Shown: positions 1 through 12,029 of the stretch, piece after piece
Position numbering within the stretch: the first letter of the stretch is position 1
Layout: the number at the start of each line of letters is the position of its first letter
Source of the DNA: Eledone cirrhosa
Taxonomy: Eukaryota
DNA: 64,000 nucleotides
Assembly (NCBI GenBank): GCA_964016885.1
Contig: OZ024742.1
Coordinates: 165,292,001 to 165,356,000, forward strand
Direction: 5' to 3'
The notes under the pieces: model-generated
What the model was told of the DNA's origin: nothing
Seen by the model: only the letters and a program-made list of their open reading frames with translations
Databases searched by the model: none
Made by a program: the position numbers and the translations under genes

Positions 1-774
1 CCCCCTGATTTTTTTTTACAAATTATCTACCCCTGATTTTTTTTTACAAATTATCTCCCCCTGATTTTTTTTACAAATTATCTCCCCCTGATTTTTTTTA
101 CAAATTATCTCCCCCTGATTTTTTTACAAATTATCTCCCCCCGATTTTTTTTACAAATTATCTCCGCCTAATTTTTTTAAATATTATCTTCCCTTGGCTG
201 GCGGGAAATTATCTCCCCTTGGACGGCTGAAAATTATCTCCCCTTGGACGGCTGGAAATTATCTCCCCTTGATTTTTTTACAAATTATCTCCCCCTGATT
301 ATTTTTTACAAATTATCTCCCCCTGATTTTTTTTTACAAATTATCTCCCTCTGATTTTTTTTACAAATTATCTCCCCTTGGCTGGCTGGAAATTATCTCC
401 CCTTGGAGGCTGGAATTTATCTCCACTTGGACAGTTAGAAATTACCTCTCCTTGGACTGCTGGAAAATATGTCTCCTTGGACGGCTGGAAATTATCTCCC
501 CTTGGACGGCTGGAAATTATCTCCCCTTGGACGGCTGGAAATTATCTCTCCTCGGACGACTAGAAATTACCTCTCCTTGGACAGCTGAAAATTATCTCCC
601 CTTGGACGGCTGGAAATTATCTCCCCTTGATTTTTTTTACAAATTATCTCCCCGATTTTTTTTTACAAATTATCTCCCCCTGATTTTTTTTTACAAATTA
701 TCTCCCCCTGATTTTTTTTACAAATTATCTCCCCCTGATATTTTTTACAAATTATCTCCCCCTGATTTTTTAAC

Positions 775-998
775 AAATTATCTCCCCTTGGCTGGCTGGA
801 AATTATCTCCCCTTGGAGGCTGGAATTTATCTCCCCTTGGACGGCTAGAAATTACCTCGCCTTGGACGGCTGGAAAATATGTCTCCTTGGACGGCTGGAA
901 ATTATCTCCCCTTGGACGGCTGGAAATTATCTCCCCTTGGACGGCTGGAAATTATCTCCCTTTGGACGGCTAGATATTACCTCCCCTTGGACGGCTGG
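775..998 (+). repeat. Representative 'long' A cassette (9 A units, 224 bp)
   Basis: Fixed order GGCTGGCTGG / GGAGGCTGG-AATTTATC (24 bp) / GGACGGCTAG-AAATTACC / ...AAAATATGTC / ... / GCTAGATATTACC / GGACGGCTGG. It recurs dozens of times; the ORFs starting MAGWKLSPLGGWNL mark its copies. Confidence 0.93.
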
Positions 999-3900
999 AA
1001 ATTATCTCCCCTTGATTTTTTTTACAAATTATCTCCCCCTGATTTTTTTTTACAAATTATCTCCCCCTGATTTTTTTTTACGAATTATCTCCCCCTGATT
1101 TTTTTTTACAAATTATCTCCGCCTGATTTTTTTTTTAAAATTATCTCCCCTTGAACGGCTGGAAATTATCTCCCCTTGGACGGCTGGAAATTATCTCCCC
1201 TTGGACGGCTAGAAATTACCTCTCCTTGGACGGCTGAAAATTATCTCCCCTTGGACGGCTGCAAATTATCTCCCCTTGATTTTTTAACAAATTATCTCCC
1301 CCTGATTTTTTTTTACAAATTATCTCCCCCTGATTTTTTTTTACAAATTATCTACGCCTAATTTTTTTTACAAATTATCTCCCCCTGATTTTTTTTTACA
1401 AATTATCTCCCCCTGATTTTTTTTACAAATTATCTCCCCCTGATTTTTTTTTACAAATTATTTCCCCCTGATTTTTTTACAAATTATCTCCCCCCTGATT
1501 TTTTTTACAATCTCCGCCTGATTTTTTTTAAAATTATCTTGCCTTGGCTGGCGGGAAATTATCTCCCCTTGGACGGCTGGAAATTATATCCCCTTGGACG
1601 GCTGGAAATTACCTCCCCTTGGACAGCTGGAAATTATCTGCCCTTGATTTTGTTTTTACAAATTATCTCCCCCTGATTTTTTTTACAAATTATCTCCACC
1701 TGATTTTTTAAAAAATTATCTCCCCTTGGACGGCTGGAAATTATCTCCCCTTGATTTTTTTTACAAATTATCTCCCCCTGATTTTTTTTTACAAATTATC
1801 TCCCCCTGATTTTTTTTTACAAATTATCTCCCACTGATTTTTTTTTACAAATTATCTGCCCCTGATTTTTTTTACAAATTATCTCCCCCTGATTTTTTTA
1901 CAAATTATCTCCCCTTGGCTGGCTGGAAATTATCTCCCCTTGGAGGCTGGAATTTATCTCCCCTTGGACGGCTAGAAATTACCTCTCCTTGGACGGCTGG
2001 AAAATATTTCTCCTTGGACGGCTGGATATTATCTACCCTTGGACGGGTGGAAATTATCTCCCCTTGGACGGCTGGAAATTATCTCCCCTTGGACGGCTAG
2101 ATATTACCTCCCCTTGGACGACTGGAAATTATCTCCCCTTGATTTTTTTTACAAATTATCTCCCCCTGATTTTTTTTTTACAAATTATCTCCCCCTGATT
2201 TTTTTTACAAATTATCTCCGCCTGATTTTTTTAAATATTATCTTCTCTTGGCTGGCGGGAAATTATCTCCCCTTGGACGGCTGAAAATTATCTCCCCTTG
2301 GACGGCTGGAAATTATCTCCCCTTGATTTTTTTTACAAATTATCTCCCCCTGATTTTTTTTTACAAATTATCTCCCCCTGATTTTTTTTTACAAATTATC
2401 TCCCCCTGATTTTTTTTTTACAAATTATCTCCCCCTGATTTATTTACAAATTATCTCCCCCTGATTTTTTTTACAAATTATCTCCGACTGATTTTTTTAA
2501 ATATTATCTTCTCTTGGCTGGCGGGAAATTATCTCCCCTTGGACGGCTGAAAATTATCTCCCCTTGGACGGCTGGAAATTATCTCCCCTTGATTTTTTTT
2601 ACAAATTATCTCCCCCTGATTTTTTTTTACAAATTATCTCCCCCTGATTTTTTTTTACAAATTATCTCCCCCTGATTTTTTTTTACAAATTATCTCCCCC
2701 TGATTTTTTTTACAAATTATCTCCCCCTGATTTTTTTACAAATTATCTCCCCTTGGCTGGCTGGAAATTATCTCCCCTTGGAGGCTGGAATTTATCTCCC
2801 CTTGGACGGCTAGAAATTACCTCTCCTTGGACGGCTGGAAAATATGTCCTTGGACGGCTGGATATTATCTACCCTTGGACGGCTGGAAATTATCTCTCCT
2901 CGGACGACTAGAAATTACCTCTCCTTGGACAGCTGAAAATTATCTCCCCTTGGACGGCTGGAAATTATCTCCCCTTGATTTTTTTTACAAATTATCTCCC
3001 CCTGATTTATTTTACAAATTATCTCCCCCTGATTTTTTTTTACAAATTATCTCCCCCTGATTTTTTTTACAAATTATCTCCCCCTGATATTTTTTACAAA
3101 TTATCTCCCCCTGATTTTTTTACAAATTATCTCCCCTTGGCTGGCTGGAAATTATCTACCCTTGGAGGCTGGAATTTATCTCCCCTTGGACGGCTAGAAA
3201 TTACCTCGCCTTGGACGGCTGGAAAATATGTCTCCTTGGACGGCTGGAAATTATCTCCCCTTGGACGGCTGGAAATTATCTCCCCTTGGACGGCTGGAAA
3301 TTATCTCCCCTTGGACGGCTAGATATTACCTCCCCTTGGACGGCTGGAAATTATCTCCCCTTGATTTTTTTTACAAATTATCTCCCCCTGATTTTTTTTT
3401 ACAAATTATCTCCCCCTGATTTTTTTTTACGAAGTATCTCCCCCTGATTTTTTTTTACAAATTATCTCCGCCTGATTTTTTTTAAAAAATTATCTCCCCT
3501 TGAACGGCTGGAAATTATCTCCCCTTGGACGGCTGGAAATTATCTCCCCTTGGACGGCTAGAAATTACCTCTCCTTGGACGGCTGAAAATTATCTCCCAT
3601 TGGACGGCTGCAAATTATCTCCCCTTGATTTTTTAACAAATTATCTCCCCCTGATTTTTTTTTACAAATTATCTCCCCCTGATTTTTTTTTACAAATTAT
3701 CTACGCCTAATTTTTTTTACAAATTATCTCCCCCTGATTTTTTTTTACAAATTATCTCCCCCTGATTTTTTTTACAAATTATCTCCCCCTGATTTTTTTT
3801 TACAAATTATTTCCCCCTGATTTTTTTACAAATTATCTCCCCCCTGATTTTTTTTACAATCTCCGCCTGATTTTTTTAAAAATTATCTTCCCTTGGCTGG

Positions 3901-6900
3901 CGGGAAATTATCTCCCCTTGGACGGCTGGAAATTATATCCCCTTGGAAGGATGGAAATTATCTCCCCTTGGACGGCTGGAAATTATCTCCCCTTGGACGG
4001 CTGGAAATTATCTCCCCTTGGACAGCTGGAAATTATCTGTCCTTGATTTTGTTTTTACAAATTATCTCCCCCTGATTTTTTTTACAAATTATCTCCACCT
4101 GATTTTTTAAAAAATTATCTCCCCTTGGACGGCTGGAAATTATCTCCCCTTGATTTTTTTTACAAATTATCTCCCCCTGATTTTTTTTTACAAATTATCT
4201 CCCCCTGATTTTTTTTTACAAATTATCTCCCCCTGATTTTTTTTTACAAATTATCTCACCCTGATTTTTTTTACAAATTATCTCTCCCTGATTTTTTTAC
4301 AAATTATCTCCCCTTGGCTGGCTGGAAATTATCTCCCCTTGGAGGCTGGAATTTATCTCCCCTTGGACGGCTAGAAATTACCTCTCCTTGGACGGCTGGA
4401 AAATATGTCTCCTTGGACGGCTGGATATTATCTACCCTTGGACGGCTGGAAATTATCTCCCCTTGGACGGCTGGAAATTATCTCCTCTTGGACGGCTAGA
4501 TATTACCTCCCCTTGGACGGCTGGAAATTATCTCCCCTTGATTTTTTTACAAATTATCTCCCCCTGATTTTTTTACAAATTATCTCCCCCTGATTTTTTT
4601 TACAAATTATCTCCGCCTAATTTTTTTAAATATTATCTTCCCTTGGCTGGCGGGAAATTATCTCCCCTTGGACGGCTGAAAATTATCTCCCCTTGGACGG
4701 CTGGAAATTATCTCCCCTTGATTTTTTTTACAAATTATCTCCCCCTGATTTTTTTTTACAAATTATCTCCCCCTGATTTTTTTTACAAATTATCTCCCCC
4801 TGATTTTTTTACAAATTATCTCCCCTTGGCTGGCTGGAAATTATCTCCCCTTGGAGGCTGGAATTTATCTCCCCTTGGACGGCTAGAAATTACCTCTCCT
4901 TGGAAGGCTGGAAAATATGTCCTTGGACGGCTGGATATTATCTACCCTTGGACGGCTGGAAATTATCTCCCCTTGGACGGCTGGAAATTATCTCCCCTTG
5001 GACGGCTAGATATTACCTCCCCTTGGACGGCTGAAAATTATCTCCCCTTGGACGGCTGGAAATTATCTCCCCTTGATTTTTTTTTACAAATTATCTCCCC
5101 CTGATTATTTTTTACAAATTATCCCCTGATTTTTTTTTTACAAATTATCTCCCCCTGATTTTTTTACAAATTATCTCCCCTTGGCTGGCTGGAAATTATC
5201 TCCCATTGGAGGCTGGAATTTATCTCCCCTTGGACGGTTAGAAATTACCTCCCCTTGGACGGCTGGAAAATATGTCTCCTTGGACGGCTGGAAATTATCG
5301 CGCCTTGGACGGCTGGAAATTATCTCCCCTTGGACGGCTGGAAATTATCTCTCATCGGACGGCTAGAAATTACCTCTCCTTGGACAGCTGAAAATTATCT
5401 CCCCTTGGACGGCTGGAAATTATCTCCCCTTGATTTTTTTTACAAATTATCTCCCCCTGATTTTTTTTTACAAATTATCTCCCCCTGATTTTTTTTTACA
5501 AATTATCTCCCCCTGATTTTTTTTTACAAATTATCTCCCCCTAATATTTTTTACAAATTATCTCCCCCTGATTTTTTTACAAATTATCTCCCCTTGGCTG
5601 GCTGGAAATTATCTCCCCTTGGAGGCTGGAATTTATCTCCCCTTGGACGGCTAGAAATTACCTCGCCTTGGACGGCTGGAAAATATGTCTCCTTCGACGG
5701 CTGGAAATTATCTCCCCTTGGACGGCTGGAAATTATCTCCCCTTGGACGGCTGGAAATTATCTCCCTTTGGACGGCTAGATATTACCTCCCCTTGGACGG
5801 CTGGAAATTATCTCCCCTTGATTTTTTTTACAAATTATCTCCCCCTGATTTTTTTTTACAAATTATCTCCCCCTGATTTTTTTTTACGAATTATCTCCCC
5901 CTGATTTTTTTTTACAAATTATCTCCGCCTGATTTTTTTTTTAAAATTATCTCCCCTTGAACGGCTGGAAATTATCTCCCCTTGGACGGCTGGAAATTAT
6001 CTCCCCTTGGACGGCTAGAAATTACCTCTCCTTGGACGGCTGAAAATTATCTCCCCTTGGACGGCTGCAAATTATCTCCCCTTGATTTTTTAACAAATTA
6101 TCTCCCCCTGATTTTTTTTTACAAATTATCTCCCCCTGATTTTTTTTTACAAATTATCTACGCCTAATTTTTTTTACAAATTATCTCCCCCTGATTTTTT
6201 TTTACAAATTATCTCCCCCTGATTTTTTTTACAAATTATCTCCCCCTGATTTTTTTTTACAAATTATTTCCCCCTGATTTTTTTACAAATTATCTCCCCC
6301 CTGATTTTTTTTACAATCTCCGCCTGATTTTTTTTAAAATTATCTTGCCTTGGCTGGCGGGAAATTATCTCCCCTTGGACGGCTGGAAATTATATCCCCT
6401 TGGACGGCTGGAAATTACCTCCCCTTGGACAGCTGGAAATTATCTGCCCTTGATTTTGTTTTTACAAATTATCTCCCCCTGATTTTTTTTACAAATTATC
6501 TCCACCTGATTTTTTAAAAAATTATCTCCCCTTGGACGGCTGGAAATTATCTCCCCTTGATTTTTTTTACAAATTATCTCCCCCTGATTTTTTTTTACAA
6601 ATTATCTCCCCCTGATTTTTTTTTACAAATTATCTCCCACTGATTTTTTTTTACAAATTATCTGCCCCTGATTTTTTTTACAAATTATCTCCCCCTGATT
6701 TTTTTACAAATTATCTCCCCTTGGCTGGCTGGAAATTATCTCCCCTTGGAGGCTGGAATTTATCTCCCCTTGGACGGCTAGAAATTACCTCTCCTTGGAC
6801 GGCTGGAAAATATTTCTCCTTGGACGGCTGGATATTATCTACCCTTGGACGGGTGGAAATTATCTCCCCTTGGACGGCTGGAAATTATCTCCCCTTGGAC

Positions 6901-9900
6901 GGCTAGATATTACCTCCCCTTGGACGACTGGAAATTATCTCCCCTTGATTTTTTTTACAAATTATCTCCCCCTGATTTTTTTTTTACAAATTATCTCCCC
7001 CTGATTTTTTTTACAAATTATCTCCGCCTGATTTTTTTAAATATTATCTTCTCTTGGCTGGCGGGAAATTATCTCCCCTTGGACGGCTGAAAATTATCTC
7101 CCCTTGGACGGCTGGAAATTATCTCCCCTTGATTTTTTTTACAAATTATCTCCCCCTGATTTTTTTTTACAAATTATCTCCCCCTGATTTTTTTTTACAA
7201 ATTATCTCCCCCTGATTTTTTTTTTACAAATTATCTCCCCCTGATTTATTTACAAATTATCTCCCCCTGATTTTTTTTACAAATTATCTCCGACTGATTT
7301 TTTTAAATATTATCTTCTCTTGGCTGGCGGGAAATTATCTCCCCTTGGACGGCTGAAAATTATCTCCCCTTGGACGGCTGGAAATTATCTCCCCTTGATT
7401 TTTTTTACAAATTATCTCCCCCTGATTTTTTTTTACAAATTATCTCCCCCTGATTTTTTTTTACAAATTATCTCCCCCTGATTTTTTTTTACAAATTATC
7501 TCCCCCTGATTTTTTTTACAAATTATCTCCCCCTGATTTTTTTACAAATTATCTCCCCTTGGCTGGCTGGAAATTATCTCCCCTTGGAGGCTGGAATTTA
7601 TCTCCCCTTGGACGGCTAGAAATTACCTCTCCTTGGACGGCTGGAAAATATGTCCTTGGACGGCTGGATATTATCTACCCTTGGACGGCTGGAAATTATC
7701 TCTCCTCGGACGACTAGAAATTACCTCTCCTTGGACAGCTGAAAATTATCTCCCCTTGGACGGCTGGAAATTATCTCCCCTTGATTTTTTTTACAAATTA
7801 TCTCCCCCTGATTTATTTTACAAATTATCTCCCCCTGATTTTTTTTTACAAATTATCTCCCCCTGATTTTTTTTACAAATTATCTCCCCCTGATATTTTT
7901 TACAAATTATCTCCCCCTGATTTTTTTACAAATTATCTCCCCTTGGCTGGCTGGAAATTATCTACCCTTGGAGGCTGGAATTTATCTCCCCTTGGACGGC
8001 TAGAAATTACCTCGCCTTGGACGGCTGGAAAATATGTCTCCTTGGACGGCTGGAAATTATCTCCCCTTGGACGGCTGGAAATTATCTCCCCTTGGACGGC
8101 TGGAAATTATCTCCCCTTGGACGGCTAGATATTACCTCCCCTTGGACGGCTGGAAATTATCTCCCCTTGATTTTTTTTACAAATTATCTCCCCCTGATTT
8201 TTTTTTACAAATTATCTCCCCCTGATTTTTTTTTACGAAGTATCTCCCCCTGATTTTTTTTTACAAATTATCTCCGCCTGATTTTTTTTAAAAAATTATC
8301 TCCCCTTGAACGGCTGGAAATTATCTCCCCTTGGACGGCTGGAAATTATCTCCCCTTGGACGGCTAGAAATTACCTCTCCTTGGACGGCTGAAAATTATC
8401 TCCCATTGGACGGCTGCAAATTATCTCCCCTTGATTTTTTAACAAATTATCTCCCCCTGATTTTTTTTTACAAATTATCTCCCCCTGATTTTTTTTTACA
8501 AATTATCTACGCCTAATTTTTTTTACAAATTATCTCCCCCTGATTTTTTTTTACAAATTATCTCCCCCTGATTTTTTTTACAAATTATCTCCCCCTGATT
8601 TTTTTTTACAAATTATTTCCCCCTGATTTTTTTACAAATTATCTCCCCCCTGATTTTTTTTACAATCTCCGCCTGATTTTTTTAAAAATTATCTTCCCTT
8701 GGCTGGCGGGAAATTATCTCCCCTTGGACGGCTGGAAATTATATCCCCTTGGAAGGATGGAAATTATCTCCCCTTGGACGGCTGGAAATTATCTCCCCTT
8801 GGACGGCTGGAAATTATCTCCCCTTGGACAGCTGGAAATTATCTGTCCTTGATTTTGTTTTTACAAATTATCTCCCCCTGATTTTTTTTACAAATTATCT
8901 CCACCTGATTTTTTAAAAAATTATCTCCCCTTGGACGGCTGGAAATTATCTCCCCTTGATTTTTTTTACAAATTATCTCCCCCTGATTTTTTTTTACAAA
9001 TTATCTCCCCCTGATTTTTTTTTACAAATTATCTCCCCCTGATTTTTTTTTACAAATTATCTCACCCTGATTTTTTTTACAAATTATCTCTCCCTGATTT
9101 TTTTACAAATTATCTCCCCTTGGCTGGCTGGAAATTATCTCCCCTTGGAGGCTGGAATTTATCTCCCCTTGGACGGCTAGAAATTACCTCTCCTTGGACG
9201 GCTGGAAAATATGTCTCCTTGGACGGCTGGATATTATCTACCCTTGGACGGCTGGAAATTATCTCCCCTTGGACGGCTGGAAATTATCTCCTCTTGGACG
9301 GCTAGATATTACCTCCCCTTGGACGGCTGGAAATTATCTCCCCTTGATTTTTTTACAAATTATCTCCCCCTGATTTTTTTACAAATTATCTCCCCCTGAT
9401 TTTTTTTACAAATTATCTCCGCCTAATTTTTTTAAATATTATCTTCCCTTGGCTGGCGGGAAATTATCTCCCCTTGGACGGCTGAAAATTATCTCCCCTT
9501 GGACGGCTGGAAATTATCTCCCCTTGATTTTTTTTACAAATTATCTCCCCCTGATTTTTTTTTACAAATTATCTCCCCCTGATTTTTTTTACAAATTATC
9601 TCCCCCTGATTTTTTTACAAATTATCTCCCCTTGGCTGGCTGGAAATTATCTCCCCTTGGAGGCTGGAATTTATCTCCCCTTGGACGGCTAGAAATTACC
9701 TCTCCTTGGAAGGCTGGAAAATATGTCCTTGGACGGCTGGATATCATCTACCCTTGGACGGCTGGAAATTATCTCCCCTTGGACGGCTGGAAATTATCTC
9801 CCCTTGGACGGCTAGATATTACCTCCCCTTGGACGGCTGAAAATTATCTCCCCTTGGACGGCTGGAAATTATCTCCCCTTGATTTTTTTTTACAAATTAT

Positions 9901-10554
9901 CTCCCCCTGATTATTTTTTACAAATTATCCCCTGATTTTTTTTTTACAAATTATCTCCCCCTGATTTTTTTACAAATTATCTCCCCTTGGCTGGCTGGAA
10001 ATTATCTCCCATTGGAGGCTGGAATTTATCTCCCCTTGGACGGTTAGAAATTACCTCCCCTTGGACGGCTGGAAAATATGTCTCCTTGGACGGCTGGAAA
10101 TTATCGCGCCTTGGACGGCTGGAAATTATCTCCCCTTGGACGGCTGGAAATTATCTCTCATCGGACGGCTAGAAATTACCTCTCCTTGGACAGCTGAAAA
10201 TTATCTCCCCTTGGACGGCTGGAAATTATCTCCCCTTGATTTTTTTTACAAATTATCTCCCCCTGATTTTTTTTTACAAATTATCTCCCCCTGATTTTTT
10301 TTTACAAATTATCTCCCCCTGATTTTTTTTTACAAATTATCTCCCCCTGATATTTTTTACAAATTATCTCCCCCTGATTTTTTTACAAATTATCTCCCCT
10401 TGGCTGGCTGGAAATTATCTCCCCTTGGAGGCTGGAATTTATCTCCCCTTGGACGGCTAGAAATTACCTCGCCTTGGACGGCTGGAAAATATGTCTCCTT
10501 CGACGGCTGGAAATTATCTCCCCTTGGACGGCTGGAAATTATCTCCCCTTGGAC
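890..10554 (+). repeat. Tandem higher-order duplication, period 4806 bp (about 890-5695 and 5696-10501)
   Basis: Constant ORF offset of 4806 (1176/5982, 1915/6721, 2827/7633, 3893/8699, 4643/9449, 5594/10400). Differences noticed: 4939T/9745C and 5543A/10349G. Confidence 0.95.
1138..1262 (+). repeat. Representative 5-unit A cassette (125 bp) beginning TTGAACGG and ending GGCTGC
   Basis: Tails in the order GAACGGCTGG, GGACGGCTGG, GGACGGCTAG, GGACGGCTGA, GGACGGCTGC. Copies are marked by ORFs at 1176, 3525, 5982, 8331, 10788, 14013, 16300 and onward. Confidence 0.92.
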
Positions 10555-12029
10555 AGCTGGAAATTATCTCCCCTTGGACGGCTAGATATTACCTCCCCTT
10601 GGACGGCTGGAAATTATCTCCCCTTGATTTTTTTCACAAATTATCTCCCCCTGATTTTTTTTTACAAATTATCTCCCCCTGATTTTTTTTTACGAATTAT
10701 CTCCCCCCGATTTTTTTTTACAAATTATCTCCGCCTGATTTTTTTTTAAAAATTATCTCCCCTTGAACGGCTGGAAATTATCTCCCCTTGGACGGCTGGA
10801 AATTATCTCCCCTTGGACGGCTAGAAATTACCTCTCCTTGGACGGCTGAAAATTATCTCCCCTTGGACGGCTGCAAATTATCTCCCCTTGATTTTTTAAC
10901 AAATTATCTCCCCCTGATTTTTTTTTACAAATTATCTCCCCCTGATTTTTTTTTACAAATTATCTCCCCCTGATTTTTTTTTACAAATTATCTCCCCCTG
11001 ATTTTTTTTACAATCTCCGCCTGATTTTTTAAAAAATTATCTTCCCTTGGCTGGCGGGAAATTATCTCCCCTTGGACGGCTGGAAATTATCTCCCCTTGA
11101 TTTTTTTACAAATTATCTCCCCCTGATTTTTTTTACAAATTATCTCCCCCTGATTTTATGTTACAAATTATCTCCCCCTGATTTTTTTACAAATTATCTC
11201 CCCCTGATTTTTTTTACAAATTATCTCCGCCTGATTTTTTTAAATATTATCTTCCCTTGGCTGGCGGGAAATTATCTCCCCTTGGACGGCTGGAAATTAT
11301 CTCCCCTTGATTTTTTTTACAAATTATCTCCCCCTGATTTTTTTTTACAAATTATCTCCCCCTGATTTTTTTTTACAAATTATCTCCCCCTGATTTTTTT
11401 TTACAAATCTCCCCCTGATTTTTTTATAAATTATCTCCCCTTGGCTGGCTGGAAATTATCTCCCCTTGGAGGCTGGAATTTATCTCCCCTTGGACGGCTA
11501 GAAATTACCTCTCCTTGGATGGCTGGAAAATATGTCTCCTTGGACGGCTGGATATTATCTACCCTTGGACGGCTGGAAATTATCTCCCCTTGGACGGCTG
11601 GAAATTATCTCCCCTTGGACGGCTAGATATTACCTCCCATTGGACGGCTGGAAATTATCTCCCCTTGATTTTTTTTACAAATTATCTCCCCCTGATTTTT
11701 TTTTACGAATTATCTCCCCCTGATTTTTTTTTACAAATTATCTCCGCCTGATTTTTTTTTTAAAATTATCTCCCCTTGAACGGCTGGAAATTATCTCCCC
11801 TTGGACGGCTGGAAATTATCTCCCCTTGGACGGCTAGAAATTACCTCTCCTTGGACTGCTGAAAATTATCTCCCCTTGGACGGCTGCAAATTATCTCCCC
11901 TTGATTTTTTTAACAAATTATCTCCCCCTGATTTTTTTTTACAAATTATCTCCCCCTGATTTTTTTTTACAAATTATCTACGCCTAATTTTTTTTACAAA
12001 TTATCTCCCCCTGATTTTTTTTTACAAAT

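Noticed and set aside
1-180. Rho-independent or Pol III terminators at T-tracts; Shine-Dalgarno-like AAGGGGAG on the minus strand; plasmid iterons
   Set aside because: There is no GC-rich hairpin before the T-tracts, no minus-strand ORFs, and no genes or rep protein. These are incidental to the monomer.
197-204. Chi-like GCTGGCGG (7/8 match to E. coli GCTGGTGG)
   Set aside because: The match is imperfect, nothing indicates a bacterial context, and the breakpoints I could map do not centre on it.
253-268. NF-kB/Rel-like site GGAAATTATCTCCCC
   Set aside because: Half-site spacing is too long for the 10-11 bp GGGRNWYYCC consensus.
1703-1716. 14-bp palindrome ATTTTTTAAAAAAT at CCACC-type junctions
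   Set aside because: It is a low-complexity by-product of a T-tract abutting the core's A-run after loss of C; too short and AT-rich to imply a cruciform or function.
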